From positions 1 to 35,639 of the IMG/VR virus record IMGVR_UViG_3300025687_004282: a DNA stretch of 35,639 nucleotides; one strand, 5' to 3'. Every line of letters starts with the position of its first letter. The stretch's first letter is position 1. Under the pieces are notes generated by a model that made no database searches, was not told the DNA's origin, and was given only the letters and a program-made list of their open reading frames with translations. The translations under genes were made by a program, and so were the position numbers. The stretch comes from a virus. Lineage: Duplodnaviria > Caudoviricetes. Positions 25,593-34,986 of the stretch are shown piece by piece.

Positions 25593-26444
25593 TTAGCTAG
25601 TGGTTTGGGTGGCGGGGTCAACGAAGGTCAAAGGCCGTGCGGCTTGCGGCACTCCTGACCCCATTTTTGCGATGAGCTTTCCGAGATGAGGTTCTTCCAG
25701 CACATCTAGTCTGCCGCTTCTGTCTTTAGCGGGGTATCCCCACTGATTGAGTGTTTGGCACACGAATGCCCTGTAGGGGCCTTCGTCGCCTGCCATGACC
25801 GCCATCGTGATGACCTCGTCAACGATGCCGGGGAGTTCGCGGCCAGTCTTGCTGCCCTCGATCTGCAAGTCGTATTGCTTGCGGCCATACTCGTCAACAC
25901 TCTCGTCGAGGATGCCAACGAAGATCACGTTCTTCGAGCGGATATGCTGAAGGTGCGTCAGCCACGCCATCATCTCACGCCCGTGCATGCCGTAGACTGC
26001 GCGGGTGTCTACCTTGCCAGTGCGGTCACTGCGATTGTCGGGCTGTTGCGCGCACCAAGTGAAGCAGAGGCGACCGGCCACAGTGATGGAGTCGATGAAG
26101 AGCGATTCGTACTTGTTCATCATCTGCTCGGGATCGCCGTAGAGTTGGCAGACGTAATCGTAGTGGGCTTTTGAGTAGGCCTGATCTTCAGAGAGCGACG
26201 GGTTGAAGCCGCCGAGGAAGCAGGCGAAGTCGCGACACTCGATCCATGTGCGCGGGCGAATGACGTCCACCGGCCATCCTTCGATGGCTGCGTCGCCAGC
26301 TTCCAAGTCCATGAAGAGGGTGGTGTCGCTGTCGAGCGTGCGGGCGAGGGTTGTCTTGCCCACACCGCTCTTGCCGCAGACCACGATCTTGTGGCCGCGA
26401 CGTTCTGCCATGCGCTCTTCGGCAGAGATGATCTTCATCGCCAT
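25593..26444 (-). CDS. AAA_24 (Sak4-like) ATPase
   Basis: GKSGVGKT, DLEAG, FIDSIT, LPGIVDEV, AKDRSGRL; start MAMKIIS at 26444. Confidence 0.85.
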   Translation of the reverse strand: MAMKIISAEERMAERRGHKIVVCGKSGVGKTTLARTLDSDTTLFMDLEAGDAAIEGWPVDVIRPRTWIECRDFACFLGGFNPSLSEDQAYSKAHYDYVCQLYGDPEQMMNKYESLFIDSITVAGRLCFTWCAQQPDNRSDRTGKVDTRAVYGMHGREMMAWLTHLQHIRSKNVIFVGILDESVDEYGRKQYDLQIEGSKTGRELPGIVDEVITMAVMAGDEGPYRAFVCQTLNQWGYPAKDRSGRLDVLEEPHLGKLIAKMGSGVPQAARPLTFVDPATQTTS

Positions 26445-26445
26445 G

Positions 26446-26850
26446 TCATTCCTCCTTGAGATCGACGCTGAACGAGCCAATGCGCGTCGTACGGGCGGGC
26501 TCTAGGACGCGCCGGATATGAGGCGGCGCCATGGTGTATTTGCGCTCATCGACTGCGAGCGTCATCTTGGCATAGTGCTGGGCATCCTCTTCGCTCATCT
26601 CGTTGAGCGCCTTCATCAGGATGCCTTGGTCCCACTCGACCTTCTTGGTGACGACCGCCTTGATCTCCTGATTGCCCTCAGGGATGTAGACAGTGCCGAA
26701 GTCCTTGCCTGTCGTGGCCAAGATGTCCTTAGCCTTCGTCAGATAGGCTTCCTCAAGCTCTGTGTCGATGCGGTCGATGTCCTTCTTGAGAGTAGCGATG
26801 TGCGACTTCAACACCTTACGCTGCTCGAACAGATCAAGCATCTTGCTCAT
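26446..26850 (-). CDS. Phage hypothetical protein, coiled-coil N-terminus
   Basis: KDFGTV...KKVEWDQ; GAGGAG RBS; TTGACG promoter-like element upstream. Confidence 0.7.
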   Translation of the reverse strand: MSKMLDLFEQRKVLKSHIATLKKDIDRIDTELEEAYLTKAKDILATTGKDFGTVYIPEGNQEIKAVVTKKVEWDQGILMKALNEMSEEDAQHYAKMTLAVDERKYTMAPPHIRRVLEPARTTRIGSFSVDLKEE

Positions 26851-26903
26851 GTTGTGGCTCCTCGTTGCTAGTGCCCATTACATGGAATAACTTGCGAGAA
26901 ACG

Positions 26904-27272
26904 TCAAGAGGTTTTTTTGACCACGTTGATCTCGATGCCGAGGACAGCCTGCATGAGCTTCTTTTTCAGTTTGAACTCAGGGGTTTCGACGCCCTTCGCG
27001 TCCTCGACGATTGGCTCCCATGTGCCGTCCTGCTTCTCGCGCTCGTAGGAGAAGTCAGCGACATAGGTGCAGATGAGGACGCCATTGACCGCCAGCTTGT
27101 AGCGCGGCTGTAGCTGTAGGCTACGAACAACTCCTGCTCGTTCGAGAGACTTCAAGTATCCATAGCGTTCGGACTCGAACTTGGAGGCGAAGCGGATGCC
27201 ATCGACGGTTGTCGGCTTTGCGCCGTATTTGTGCCTTGACCTAACTGTTATGGGATTATATGTTCGCGGCAT
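26904..27272 (-). CDS. DUF1064-family PD-(D/E)XK endonuclease
   Basis: KYGAKPTTVDGIRFASKFE, LQPRY, YVADF, VEDAKG, FKLKKKL; likely start MPRTYN at 27272. Confidence 0.85.
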   Translation of the reverse strand: MPRTYNPITVRSRHKYGAKPTTVDGIRFASKFESERYGYLKSLERAGVVRSLQLQPRYKLAVNGVLICTYVADFSYEREKQDGTWEPIVEDAKGVETPEFKLKKKLMQAVLGIEINVVKKTS

Positions 27273-27296
27273 GTCTACTACATGTGAGGAACCAGC

Positions 27297-27482
27297 ATGA
27301 AAACCAAGTTTAAGTCCGTGGGTCTGGAGATGCAAGCCTACGAGAAGCTCAAGGAGCTTGCGGAGCTTGATCGCCGCAGCATCGGGCGAGAGCTTGCTCT
27401 CATAGTGGACACTGTGCATGCGGAGCGGATGACCAAGAAGCCTGTCCGCGCCCGCGTTGGCCTTGCAGCCGTCACCGATTAA
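27297..27482 (+). CDS. Arc/RHH-like transcriptional regulator
   Basis: FKSVGLEMQAYEKLKELAELDRRSIGREL; GAGGA RBS; TTGACC-N17-TATGTT promoter at 27236-27264. Confidence 0.7.
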   Translation: MKTKFKSVGLEMQAYEKLKELAELDRRSIGRELALIVDTVHAERMTKKPVRARVGLAAVTD

Positions 27483-30400
27483 GCAGGGCTGCGCTTCCTA
27501 GACCGCCGAGAAGAGAGGCTGCGATGGCAGGGTTTTCTGTGGCCCTCTGTCGCAGCGACTTTTCTATGGCAGACTGTCTGATACCTTCAATTGGAGACAG
27601 CGGCCTGCGAGGTGTCTGTGCCATGGGCTGGGCGGGCTCAAACATGTTCGCGAAAGAGAAAGCCTCAGGTGGCTGAACTCGCGGCACGCTGCGTTCATCT
27701 GGTCCGAAAGACTCAACCACCGGGCGAGCCGCAGACTGCCTAGCGACGCGAGCACCAACATCCAAATTTTGAACCGCGCGACGCGCTTTCTCTGCCATTT
27801 TCGCGGCATCAACGCCTTGCTCAGCAGCAACTTCATTCATCATTGAAATGATGGCTTCGCCTCTGCCTTCTGGCGATGCCTCAAGTTGTCTGCGCAGCTT
27901 GATGTAACGCCGAACGGTTTCTGGGTCGCTGAACATGCGAGACAGGAAGCGGAATCGACCCATCTGAAGAAGCGTGTTCACAGGGTGACTGAAGATGCGA
28001 GAAGTAATCCCAGCAGCGGCAATGCTGCCCTCTTTCGACAAATCTGAAAGAGTTGCGAGGTCGTCAGCGAACTGCCTAAGGCCACTGAACGTGTCTTCCC
28101 CAAGGATGCGCTTCAATACGCCGGGCTTGTAGGAGTCCACGACTTCTTTCAGCGAGTTCGCGTTAGCTTTGTTCGAGAAAACATCAACTGTCACAGACTG
28201 AAGGATGTCATCCAGAACATATGCTCGGATTTTTTCTTTGATCTCTGGAGTATCTTGGAAGGACCGCAAGATACGCACAGTCTCAGAGTCTGTCGTGCTG
28301 GGCGATACGATTTTGCGCGCAGCATCTTCAGGCGTGAGAACGCCAGCATCTATGTCACGAGCCACTTTAGCCGAGAGCGCTTCGTCCAAGTTGACCTGTG
28401 CCTCGTTAAGGCGCGTAAGCGTTGTCACTATGTCAGCGCCGGGATCTTGCGCGATGACTTGATCGAGGATCTCTCGATCAATTTTACGCTGTCCGTTGAA
28501 CGAGACAGCGCGTGCAAGCCGTTGCACGCGATCCCAGTCTTCCCCAAACAGTTCCTTGCCAGTTCCTTTCAGCTTTTTGATCTGCCTATAGAACGTGCCA
28601 CCGTCAAACTTGTTCGGGTTGTTGAAGTCAACGTCAGAGGCTTCAAGCGCATCATCAAGGTAACGCTTGGCAAGCATGTCTCTGATGACCTCAGGGTTGT
28701 CGGTAGCATTGAGCACAACCTTCAACCGTTCTGGGGAATCTGGCTTGATGACTTTCTCGAAGAACCTATCAACGAAACGCTGAGGTTCTTTCTCTAGCTC
28801 TTTCAGCGAACGAATGATGTTCATCTTCTGAAGTTCATCAAACCGCTTCATGCCCTGACGGAAGTCATCGTGCGCCTTGTAGAGCATTTCAGATGCTTTG
28901 GACATGAGCATGCGCTCACGACCAAGAAGGCCGGGGATGTTGTCGAGGATGTTGGTCTCGCCCAACATAGCGTCAACAATTTCTCGAAGTTTGGTGACTT
29001 CTTTGCCGCCCTTCGTGCTCATGCCTGTGTTGAAGTAAGCGTTATCTGTCAGGAACTTGCGAAAGTTCACCAAGTTCTCGAACGAGGCCATTTTGCCGAA
29101 GTCTTCGACGATGCTGTAGGCCTGATCGACAACAGGGTCCAAAAGGTTTCTGGAGCCAGCGCGCTCAAGGATGTCCTTCAACGTCGAGTTCAGTGCGCCA
29201 GTGTCAAACAGTTTGACAGTGCCGCCCTCTTTCATGATCTGCCTGCCGTTGCGCAAAGTAACAGGGACTTCAACTTTCTTGAGTGTCTCAGTCACCATGG
29301 CGTACTTGTCGCGTGTGATTTTGTCGAAGTTATCGAACGCAATCCTGATCTCATCCAAAACTGCACGATTGAGGTCTACGCCTTCCTCAGCGCCCTGCCG
29401 AAGAACCTTTACGCTGTCTGTGATCGCTTCCAGCGCGTCTTTGCTGTTTTGATCCCTGATGACCCGCAGTTTGTTCAATTGACCCGGAGCCAAGAACTGT
29501 ATGGCCTCTGAAAGCTCTCCAAGAGGATCAGCGCCAACGCTTTCCAAAAAGTCTGCTTTGCGCGCGAGAGCAGTCGAAGTGTTGTTCTGTATTCTGGCTG
29601 TGTTTTTGCTGACGTTTTCCAGAAACTTTTGCTGGAACGCGATGAACTGAGGGGCTCCTGCCAGTTCAAGAGAAGGAGTGAACCCGCGCCCTAGAAGCCC
29701 TTCAGCGCGAGCCAACTGCTCTTCAGTTGTGTCGATGCTAGGACGACCAAGTCGTCTGGCAGCGCCTGTTGCTGAACGCGCAGCGCCACGCCCAATCGCG
29801 AAAATAGCGCCGCCAACAAGGTCTGCGCCAGCGCCGATAGCACCCTCTATGGCCACATCTTTTGCGACCTCACCAAGAGTTTGCGTCTGAACGCCAAGCA
29901 ATGTCTCAATGCCCTCTTCAACGGCTTGCGCGCCAGCACCGCCAAGGCCTGCACCAGCAGCCGATCCAAGCAAGCCAAGCGGAGCACCTAAAACGCCACC
30001 AATAACCGAGCCTGCGATTTCAGGGATAGATCCGGTAATGTCAGCTACATCGCCAAAAGAGAAGCCCTCGTCTTCTATGACAATGTTTTTGTCGCTAGGG
30101 GCCATGCCTCGTTCTTCTTGACCTTTCGGCGTCAAGGCAAGCCGCCCACCCGCGTCTCTTGTGTAGCCGCCTGCGCCAACGATGCTTTTGAGAATGGACT
30201 CCTTGTCGGACTCCGTCTCACCAAAAGAGATCAGCGCACGCAGACTTGAATCTGCGCCAGTCTTGTAATCAAAGGCGTCCCTGTCGATGCCCTGACGTTC
30301 ATCAACTAGTTCTTTTAGGCTCTTGCCTTTGTTCAAAGTGGAAAAAGCTAGGGAGCCGATAAGATCTGATACACTTTGATCGTCAGCGTTTGATTTGAGA

Positions 30401-30486
30401 GCACGAATGGCCTCAAGCTGCTGTCGCTCATTGAACGAGCCAGAACGCAAGCCGCGAAGAAGAATAAGCTGAGAACGCTCGTCCAT
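27472..30486 (-). CDS. Large putative internal virion/DNA ejection protein (1004 aa)
   Basis: Last gene of the late operon; Gly/Ala-rich hydrophobic segment (GGVLGAPLGLLGSAAGAGLGGAG) followed by a long helical-looking region. Confidence 0.65.
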   Translation of the reverse strand: MDERSQLILLRGLRSGSFNERQQLEAIRALKSNADDQSVSDLIGSLAFSTLNKGKSLKELVDERQGIDRDAFDYKTGADSSLRALISFGETESDKESILKSIVGAGGYTRDAGGRLALTPKGQEERGMAPSDKNIVIEDEGFSFGDVADITGSIPEIAGSVIGGVLGAPLGLLGSAAGAGLGGAGAQAVEEGIETLLGVQTQTLGEVAKDVAIEGAIGAGADLVGGAIFAIGRGAARSATGAARRLGRPSIDTTEEQLARAEGLLGRGFTPSLELAGAPQFIAFQQKFLENVSKNTARIQNNTSTALARKADFLESVGADPLGELSEAIQFLAPGQLNKLRVIRDQNSKDALEAITDSVKVLRQGAEEGVDLNRAVLDEIRIAFDNFDKITRDKYAMVTETLKKVEVPVTLRNGRQIMKEGGTVKLFDTGALNSTLKDILERAGSRNLLDPVVDQAYSIVEDFGKMASFENLVNFRKFLTDNAYFNTGMSTKGGKEVTKLREIVDAMLGETNILDNIPGLLGRERMLMSKASEMLYKAHDDFRQGMKRFDELQKMNIIRSLKELEKEPQRFVDRFFEKVIKPDSPERLKVVLNATDNPEVIRDMLAKRYLDDALEASDVDFNNPNKFDGGTFYRQIKKLKGTGKELFGEDWDRVQRLARAVSFNGQRKIDREILDQVIAQDPGADIVTTLTRLNEAQVNLDEALSAKVARDIDAGVLTPEDAARKIVSPSTTDSETVRILRSFQDTPEIKEKIRAYVLDDILQSVTVDVFSNKANANSLKEVVDSYKPGVLKRILGEDTFSGLRQFADDLATLSDLSKEGSIAAAGITSRIFSHPVNTLLQMGRFRFLSRMFSDPETVRRYIKLRRQLEASPEGRGEAIISMMNEVAAEQGVDAAKMAEKARRAVQNLDVGARVARQSAARPVVESFGPDERSVPRVQPPEAFSFANMFEPAQPMAQTPRRPLSPIEGIRQSAIEKSLRQRATENPAIAASLLGGLGSAALLNR

Positions 30487-32318
30487 TACATTATCCCCAA
30501 TGCTCTCAAGCCCTCTATGCGCTCAGCTTGATCTTCTTCACTCAGTTCACTTTGGCTAAGAGCCTCGCCAATGTTTCGACCAGTATAACGGTTAAGGTTA
30601 TTAAGAGCTTGTTTAATGTCAGCTTCTGCGCCCAACACAATGTCGTTGAACAATTCCTCAATTTTAACAGCCATCTCTCGGGGGTCAGTGCCTGCCTTTA
30701 GCTCGCTAACAATCCTTGCGACACGCTCGCGGTCGCCGTCTGAAATTGTTTTGCCAGCTTCTCCAAGAATTTCTGGAGCATTTTTTGCTTGGAGCTTTTC
30801 CAATATCATTTGAATGCGCTGACTGTCAGACATGTTTTCACTAAATTGAACGCCAAAAGCTGATGCGTAAGCGTCTAGCTTATCAAGGGTAAATGTGAAT
30901 ACATTCTGCCCCTGAACAAGCATACCAAGTTCAGCAAACCGTTCTTTTGCTTTTTCATTATCGCGGAACATGCGGGCAAGAGCTTCATACTGCTGTTGAC
31001 CATCACCAGAAATTATGGGCCTCCCATTGGGGTTTGTGTTTGGATTGGGGTCAAAAACACGAACCTTGAAGATGTCGTCTTCTGCCCCTTCAAACAGAGG
31101 AACGTCCCTACCGGCGGTCAAGTAGAACTCTTTTGCCTCTGGAGCCTTCATGGCTTCATTTACGATGGAAGACCACGTCGAGCCGGGCAGGATGTCGTAC
31201 TTGCTCGTGAAGTCCTTGTTCTCTTGGAGCCTGCTGAGTTCTATAGCGTTAAGAGCCTGCAAGCTGCCTTTATCCACGTTCGCAAGAAACCCGCTTACGC
31301 CATCGCTTTTCGGCACGATGTAGTAGCTGCTGCGATCCATCGCGGCTTTGCGCATTTCTTCACGTTTCGCCGTATCCGCCGCGCGCATCTTGAGGGCATA
31401 CTCACCAGCCGCGAGAGCATTTGCGCGAGTTTCTTTCTTCGCAGCCTCTAGGGCTGGCAGAGCCTTCTCGCCAGCCTCGCCAATCGAGCGCAGGATGTTG
31501 CCCACGTTGAAGCCGCTGCCTGCACGGTTCTGCATGAGCGCAAGGCCAAATGCCATGAGCGCGGCGCTCTTGTCAGGCTTGCCGCTGATGTCGATGCCAG
31601 TCGCCGCAGCGAACTCTTTCTTGTAGGCGTCGATGTCGCGGACCTCGGGGAGTTCTTTCCCAGCGGCCTCCATCGCAGCTTCGATGGCATCCATGAACGC
31701 AGTCTGAGGATCAAACGTAGGCGCTTCTGGCGCGGCTTCAGGAGCGGCTTCCGGCTCAACTGGCGCTTCTGGCTCGCTCCGAACAGGAGGGGCAAAACCG
31801 CCGCCAACACCCGGCGTGCCGACACCACCACGACCACCCCGACGACGGGTGACTTCCGCCAATACGTTTGCGATCTCAGTTCCCATTTCAGGGCCTTCAA
31901 GCGCGAATATATCAGGTGTTCTAGCTGCCGTAGCTCTCTCTGCCATCAGTGCTTGCACCAACTCGCTTGGCTCACGTCCTTGCGGCGGAACGGCAGCAAT
32001 TGCCCTATCACGCTCGATTTCAAGATCAAGCTGGCTGGGAGGGATGCCTGAGATCATCTCTGGCCCCTCAACATCGAAGAGGCCACGCCTGACACCAAGT
32101 AGGCCTGCACGTTCACGGGCAAAAGGAGACACAGCATACGTTGCCAGTTCGTTAGGCGTTAGCGTGACATTCGGGACTTCCATTGCAGCCGGGACGGGTG
32201 CGCCACGAGACCCCGGCCTGCTAATCGCGCCGAGTCCGCTCATCATCCTGCGACCTTCTGGCGTATCGCGAAGATATCTCTCTTGAGCTTGCTGCCGCGT
32301 CAGCGTCCGATCAACCAT
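30486..32318 (-). CDS. Putative internal virion/ejection protein (610 aa)
   Basis: Position in operon; ALMAFGLALMQ segment; TAATG coupling to the next gene. Confidence 0.6.
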   Translation of the reverse strand: MVDRTLTRQQAQERYLRDTPEGRRMMSGLGAISRPGSRGAPVPAAMEVPNVTLTPNELATYAVSPFARERAGLLGVRRGLFDVEGPEMISGIPPSQLDLEIERDRAIAAVPPQGREPSELVQALMAERATAARTPDIFALEGPEMGTEIANVLAEVTRRRGGRGGVGTPGVGGGFAPPVRSEPEAPVEPEAAPEAAPEAPTFDPQTAFMDAIEAAMEAAGKELPEVRDIDAYKKEFAAATGIDISGKPDKSAALMAFGLALMQNRAGSGFNVGNILRSIGEAGEKALPALEAAKKETRANALAAGEYALKMRAADTAKREEMRKAAMDRSSYYIVPKSDGVSGFLANVDKGSLQALNAIELSRLQENKDFTSKYDILPGSTWSSIVNEAMKAPEAKEFYLTAGRDVPLFEGAEDDIFKVRVFDPNPNTNPNGRPIISGDGQQQYEALARMFRDNEKAKERFAELGMLVQGQNVFTFTLDKLDAYASAFGVQFSENMSDSQRIQMILEKLQAKNAPEILGEAGKTISDGDRERVARIVSELKAGTDPREMAVKIEELFNDIVLGAEADIKQALNNLNRYTGRNIGEALSQSELSEEDQAERIEGLRALGIM

Positions 32319-32327
32319 GTTTGTTCC

Positions 32328-33485
32328 TCACTGTTGCCCGTAGACGCCCTGAAGCGCGGTGTAGGCACCAAGTCCAGCAAGATAGGGGTTCGTCGCAGGC
32401 TGTGTCTGCGACGTGTACTGCGAGTAAAGCGATGCGGAAGGCGTGCCAGAGAGGACGCTATACGCATAGTTGTACGGAAGCAGTGCCTGCTCAAGGGGCC
32501 GCATTTGCTCCTGCCGCGCCAGATCCAGCCCTTGCTGCCGATACGCACGCTCGGCTTCGCCGTAACCATACATAGTTGCAAGGTCAGCCGGAGCGAGTGC
32601 TGAGTAGACGCGGCCAATGTCAGCAGTCGTCCCGCCGAGTTGGCCGTACTGCTGGCCAAGAGTGCCATACTGCGTGCCGATTTGGCCGAACGATTGTCCG
32701 AGACCGCCAAGTAGGCGACCGGCCTCAAGGGCTCTGGTCTGCGCCTGTTGGAAAGCATTCTGCGACGACTCAAGCGCCTGACCGTAGCCAGCCTGACGCA
32801 GTGCCGCTGCTTGCTTCGCCTTGGTGTCGAGGATCGCGCGCTCGACCTCAGCAGCCTGTAGGCCCTGACGAGATCCGCCGAAAGCACCAGCATTGACCGC
32901 CTGAGCAGCGGCGCGCTGGCGAGCTACATCACCCTCGCGCTCGATGTCAGCCATCGAACGCTGGATCACATCTTCGGTGTATGGCGACATGAACTCGCTG
33001 ATGTAGTCCTGCGGACGATACATCCCTGCGCCACTCGTGACGTAGCCAGCGGCGGGACCGAAGAACGATGCAGCCTCGCCAAGCGATCCAAGGCCGCGAT
33101 ATAGTGCCTCACCTCCGCCAGTGATATACTCGCCTGCCTGACCGAAGAAAGGTTGATACCGTTCCATGAAGTCAGGGATGCCGTTGGCGTCCGCGTCGGC
33201 CTTGAGCGACTCCTCAACAAATGTCTCTAGACCGAAAGAGGTATATTGACCTGTAGCCGGATCGTAGACAGTCGGTAGCTGCCCAGCCCTTTGATACTGC
33301 GGGATGGCAAACGAAATGTCGGTCAGAGGGCTGCGCGGAATGCCGCCTTCAAAGCGACCGGGCTCACCTTCAGCGCCCTCGACGTAGCGGCCAAAGATCG
33401 CGTCTAGCAGGCCTTTTTCAAGCCTTTCCAGATACTCTGGGCGACGCTGAATCTGCTCCACTGTTGCCACATCTTCTTCGGCCAT
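32328..33485 (-). CDS. Putative DNA transfer (pilot/ejection) protein (385 aa)
   Basis: FMSPYTEDVI...AGAFGGSRQG and Gln/Gly-rich helices as in podovirus ejection proteins. Confidence 0.65.
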   Translation of the reverse strand: MAEEDVATVEQIQRRPEYLERLEKGLLDAIFGRYVEGAEGEPGRFEGGIPRSPLTDISFAIPQYQRAGQLPTVYDPATGQYTSFGLETFVEESLKADADANGIPDFMERYQPFFGQAGEYITGGGEALYRGLGSLGEAASFFGPAAGYVTSGAGMYRPQDYISEFMSPYTEDVIQRSMADIEREGDVARQRAAAQAVNAGAFGGSRQGLQAAEVERAILDTKAKQAAALRQAGYGQALESSQNAFQQAQTRALEAGRLLGGLGQSFGQIGTQYGTLGQQYGQLGGTTADIGRVYSALAPADLATMYGYGEAERAYRQQGLDLARQEQMRPLEQALLPYNYAYSVLSGTPSASLYSQYTSQTQPATNPYLAGLGAYTALQGVYGQQ

Positions 33486-34498
33486 TATGCCATCTCCTCA
33501 AGGCGATCCATCAACTTGTAAGCCTTCTGGATGCCACGTTCCTGATCGCCGTTGCCAAGGCCTTTGACGGCATCTTTGGTGAGCACAAACTCACCAGCCA
33601 TCAGCATTGCCGGAACGTCATCTTTCTGACCAGACCCTTCGTGCGGCATGATGCCGCCATTACGACGGGGGAAGTATTGTCCGTTCACCATGCCGCCAGC
33701 GGCATATCCGCCCCATGGGATGTACTCTTCCGTGCCGCCAAACGGCCTGCGAGCACGACGCGTTTCTTCTGACTCTTCTCCCTTGCCGCCCAGTTTGGAT
33801 AGCAGACCAGAACCGAGCGAGAAGGCAAGTGCTTCGCCAACGGGGCTCGACAGGAGATCTAGGATCTTGCCGCCCTGCATCGACGGGAAGGCGTCGTAGA
33901 GAAACGAGCCAATGCCGAGCAGCTTCGGGTTCGCGGCTGGGCCGCGCAGCTTGGCAAGTTGTTCGGCTGCGCGTGTAGAAGTCGAAGGCACCAAGTTCTG
34001 TGGGCGCGGAGGTGGCGCAACAACCTTACCAGCGGCTGTTTGGCCTCCTGTCAGCGTTTCAACGCCACCTTCGCCGCCCATGCCGAACGCCTGCCCCAGC
34101 GGGACACCGCCAAGGAACGAAGACCCAAGGCCTCCAGTGATGCCGCCGATCAGCGCGTTGCGCAGAGCGTCTTTCGGCTTCGAGCCAGTCAGGAGAGATG
34201 TTAGACCAGTCGTAAGGGCCGCTTGACCGAATGGGCTCGCGGCAAGGGAGCCAATCGCTGAAAACAGAGCGGGCAGAAAGAACTCCTGACGACCAGTCAT
34301 TGGGTTGTAGCTGCCGGTCGGACTGCCGACCATGTAGCGCGTCGGATCGACGCCCTGCTGGCCAATAGCAGTCATGATCCCAGCGCGCAGGCCGGGATTT
34401 GCATTCAGAACTGGGCCGGGGACGACCATTTCGCCCGGGGCAACGTGCGCCATTTGCGTGTCGCCATAGCGCCCCATTGCCGCCATATTTTGCATCAT
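33485..34498 (-). CDS. Putative ejection protein (337 aa)
   Basis: GRYGDTQMAHVAPGEMVVP and GSGQKDDVPAMLMAGEFVLTKDAV motifs; YAAGGMV. Confidence 0.65.
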   Translation of the reverse strand: MMQNMAAMGRYGDTQMAHVAPGEMVVPGPVLNANPGLRAGIMTAIGQQGVDPTRYMVGSPTGSYNPMTGRQEFFLPALFSAIGSLAASPFGQAALTTGLTSLLTGSKPKDALRNALIGGITGGLGSSFLGGVPLGQAFGMGGEGGVETLTGGQTAAGKVVAPPPRPQNLVPSTSTRAAEQLAKLRGPAANPKLLGIGSFLYDAFPSMQGGKILDLLSSPVGEALAFSLGSGLLSKLGGKGEESEETRRARRPFGGTEEYIPWGGYAAGGMVNGQYFPRRNGGIMPHEGSGQKDDVPAMLMAGEFVLTKDAVKGLGNGDQERGIQKAYKLMDRLEEMA

Positions 34499-34623
34499 GT
34501 CGGACCTCGGATGCAGTGCTGCCCTAAGTTACCAAAAGAAGCCGTCAATGGCTAGGGCCGTGTTCACTTGTGATGCAGTTCATCGTCTTGTTGCTGCAAT
34601 ACAGCATATGGTATTGATGCACC

Positions 34624-34986
34624 ATGAAATCCATCGAGACCATAGCTCGATCAGGCGAGTATCTCGTCGCTCACGTCCTTGAGGCGCATGACATTCGCGT
34701 TTCCCATGCCAATGTGTCTGGCCATGATCTATGGTGCAGGACCCCAACGGGCAGGCTGGTGAGCGTGCAAGTTAAGACCAGCGCGACGGAAGTCTCTCAC
34801 CATGCCTCCACAGTCTACGACTTCTCGAACAATAGTATGAGTTGGACCCCAAACGTCTATGCCTTTGTCGCCTTGGACAAAGGCTTTTTTCTTTGCGAGG
34901 CGTCGATGTCAAAGCGCAGAAAAATCCGCGCTGACAGCTTCACCAAGGAAGCTATGGAAGAGAGTATCAAGAAGTTTTTCTACTGA
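34624..34986 (+). CDS. Stand-alone PD-(D/E)XK endonuclease on the opposite strand
   Basis: SGEYLV...GHDL...SVQVKTS...YAFV fits the E...D...QxK nuclease pattern. Confidence 0.7.
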   Translation: MKSIETIARSGEYLVAHVLEAHDIRVSHANVSGHDLWCRTPTGRLVSVQVKTSATEVSHHASTVYDFSNNSMSWTPNVYAFVALDKGFFLCEASMSKRRKIRADSFTKEAMEESIKKFFY

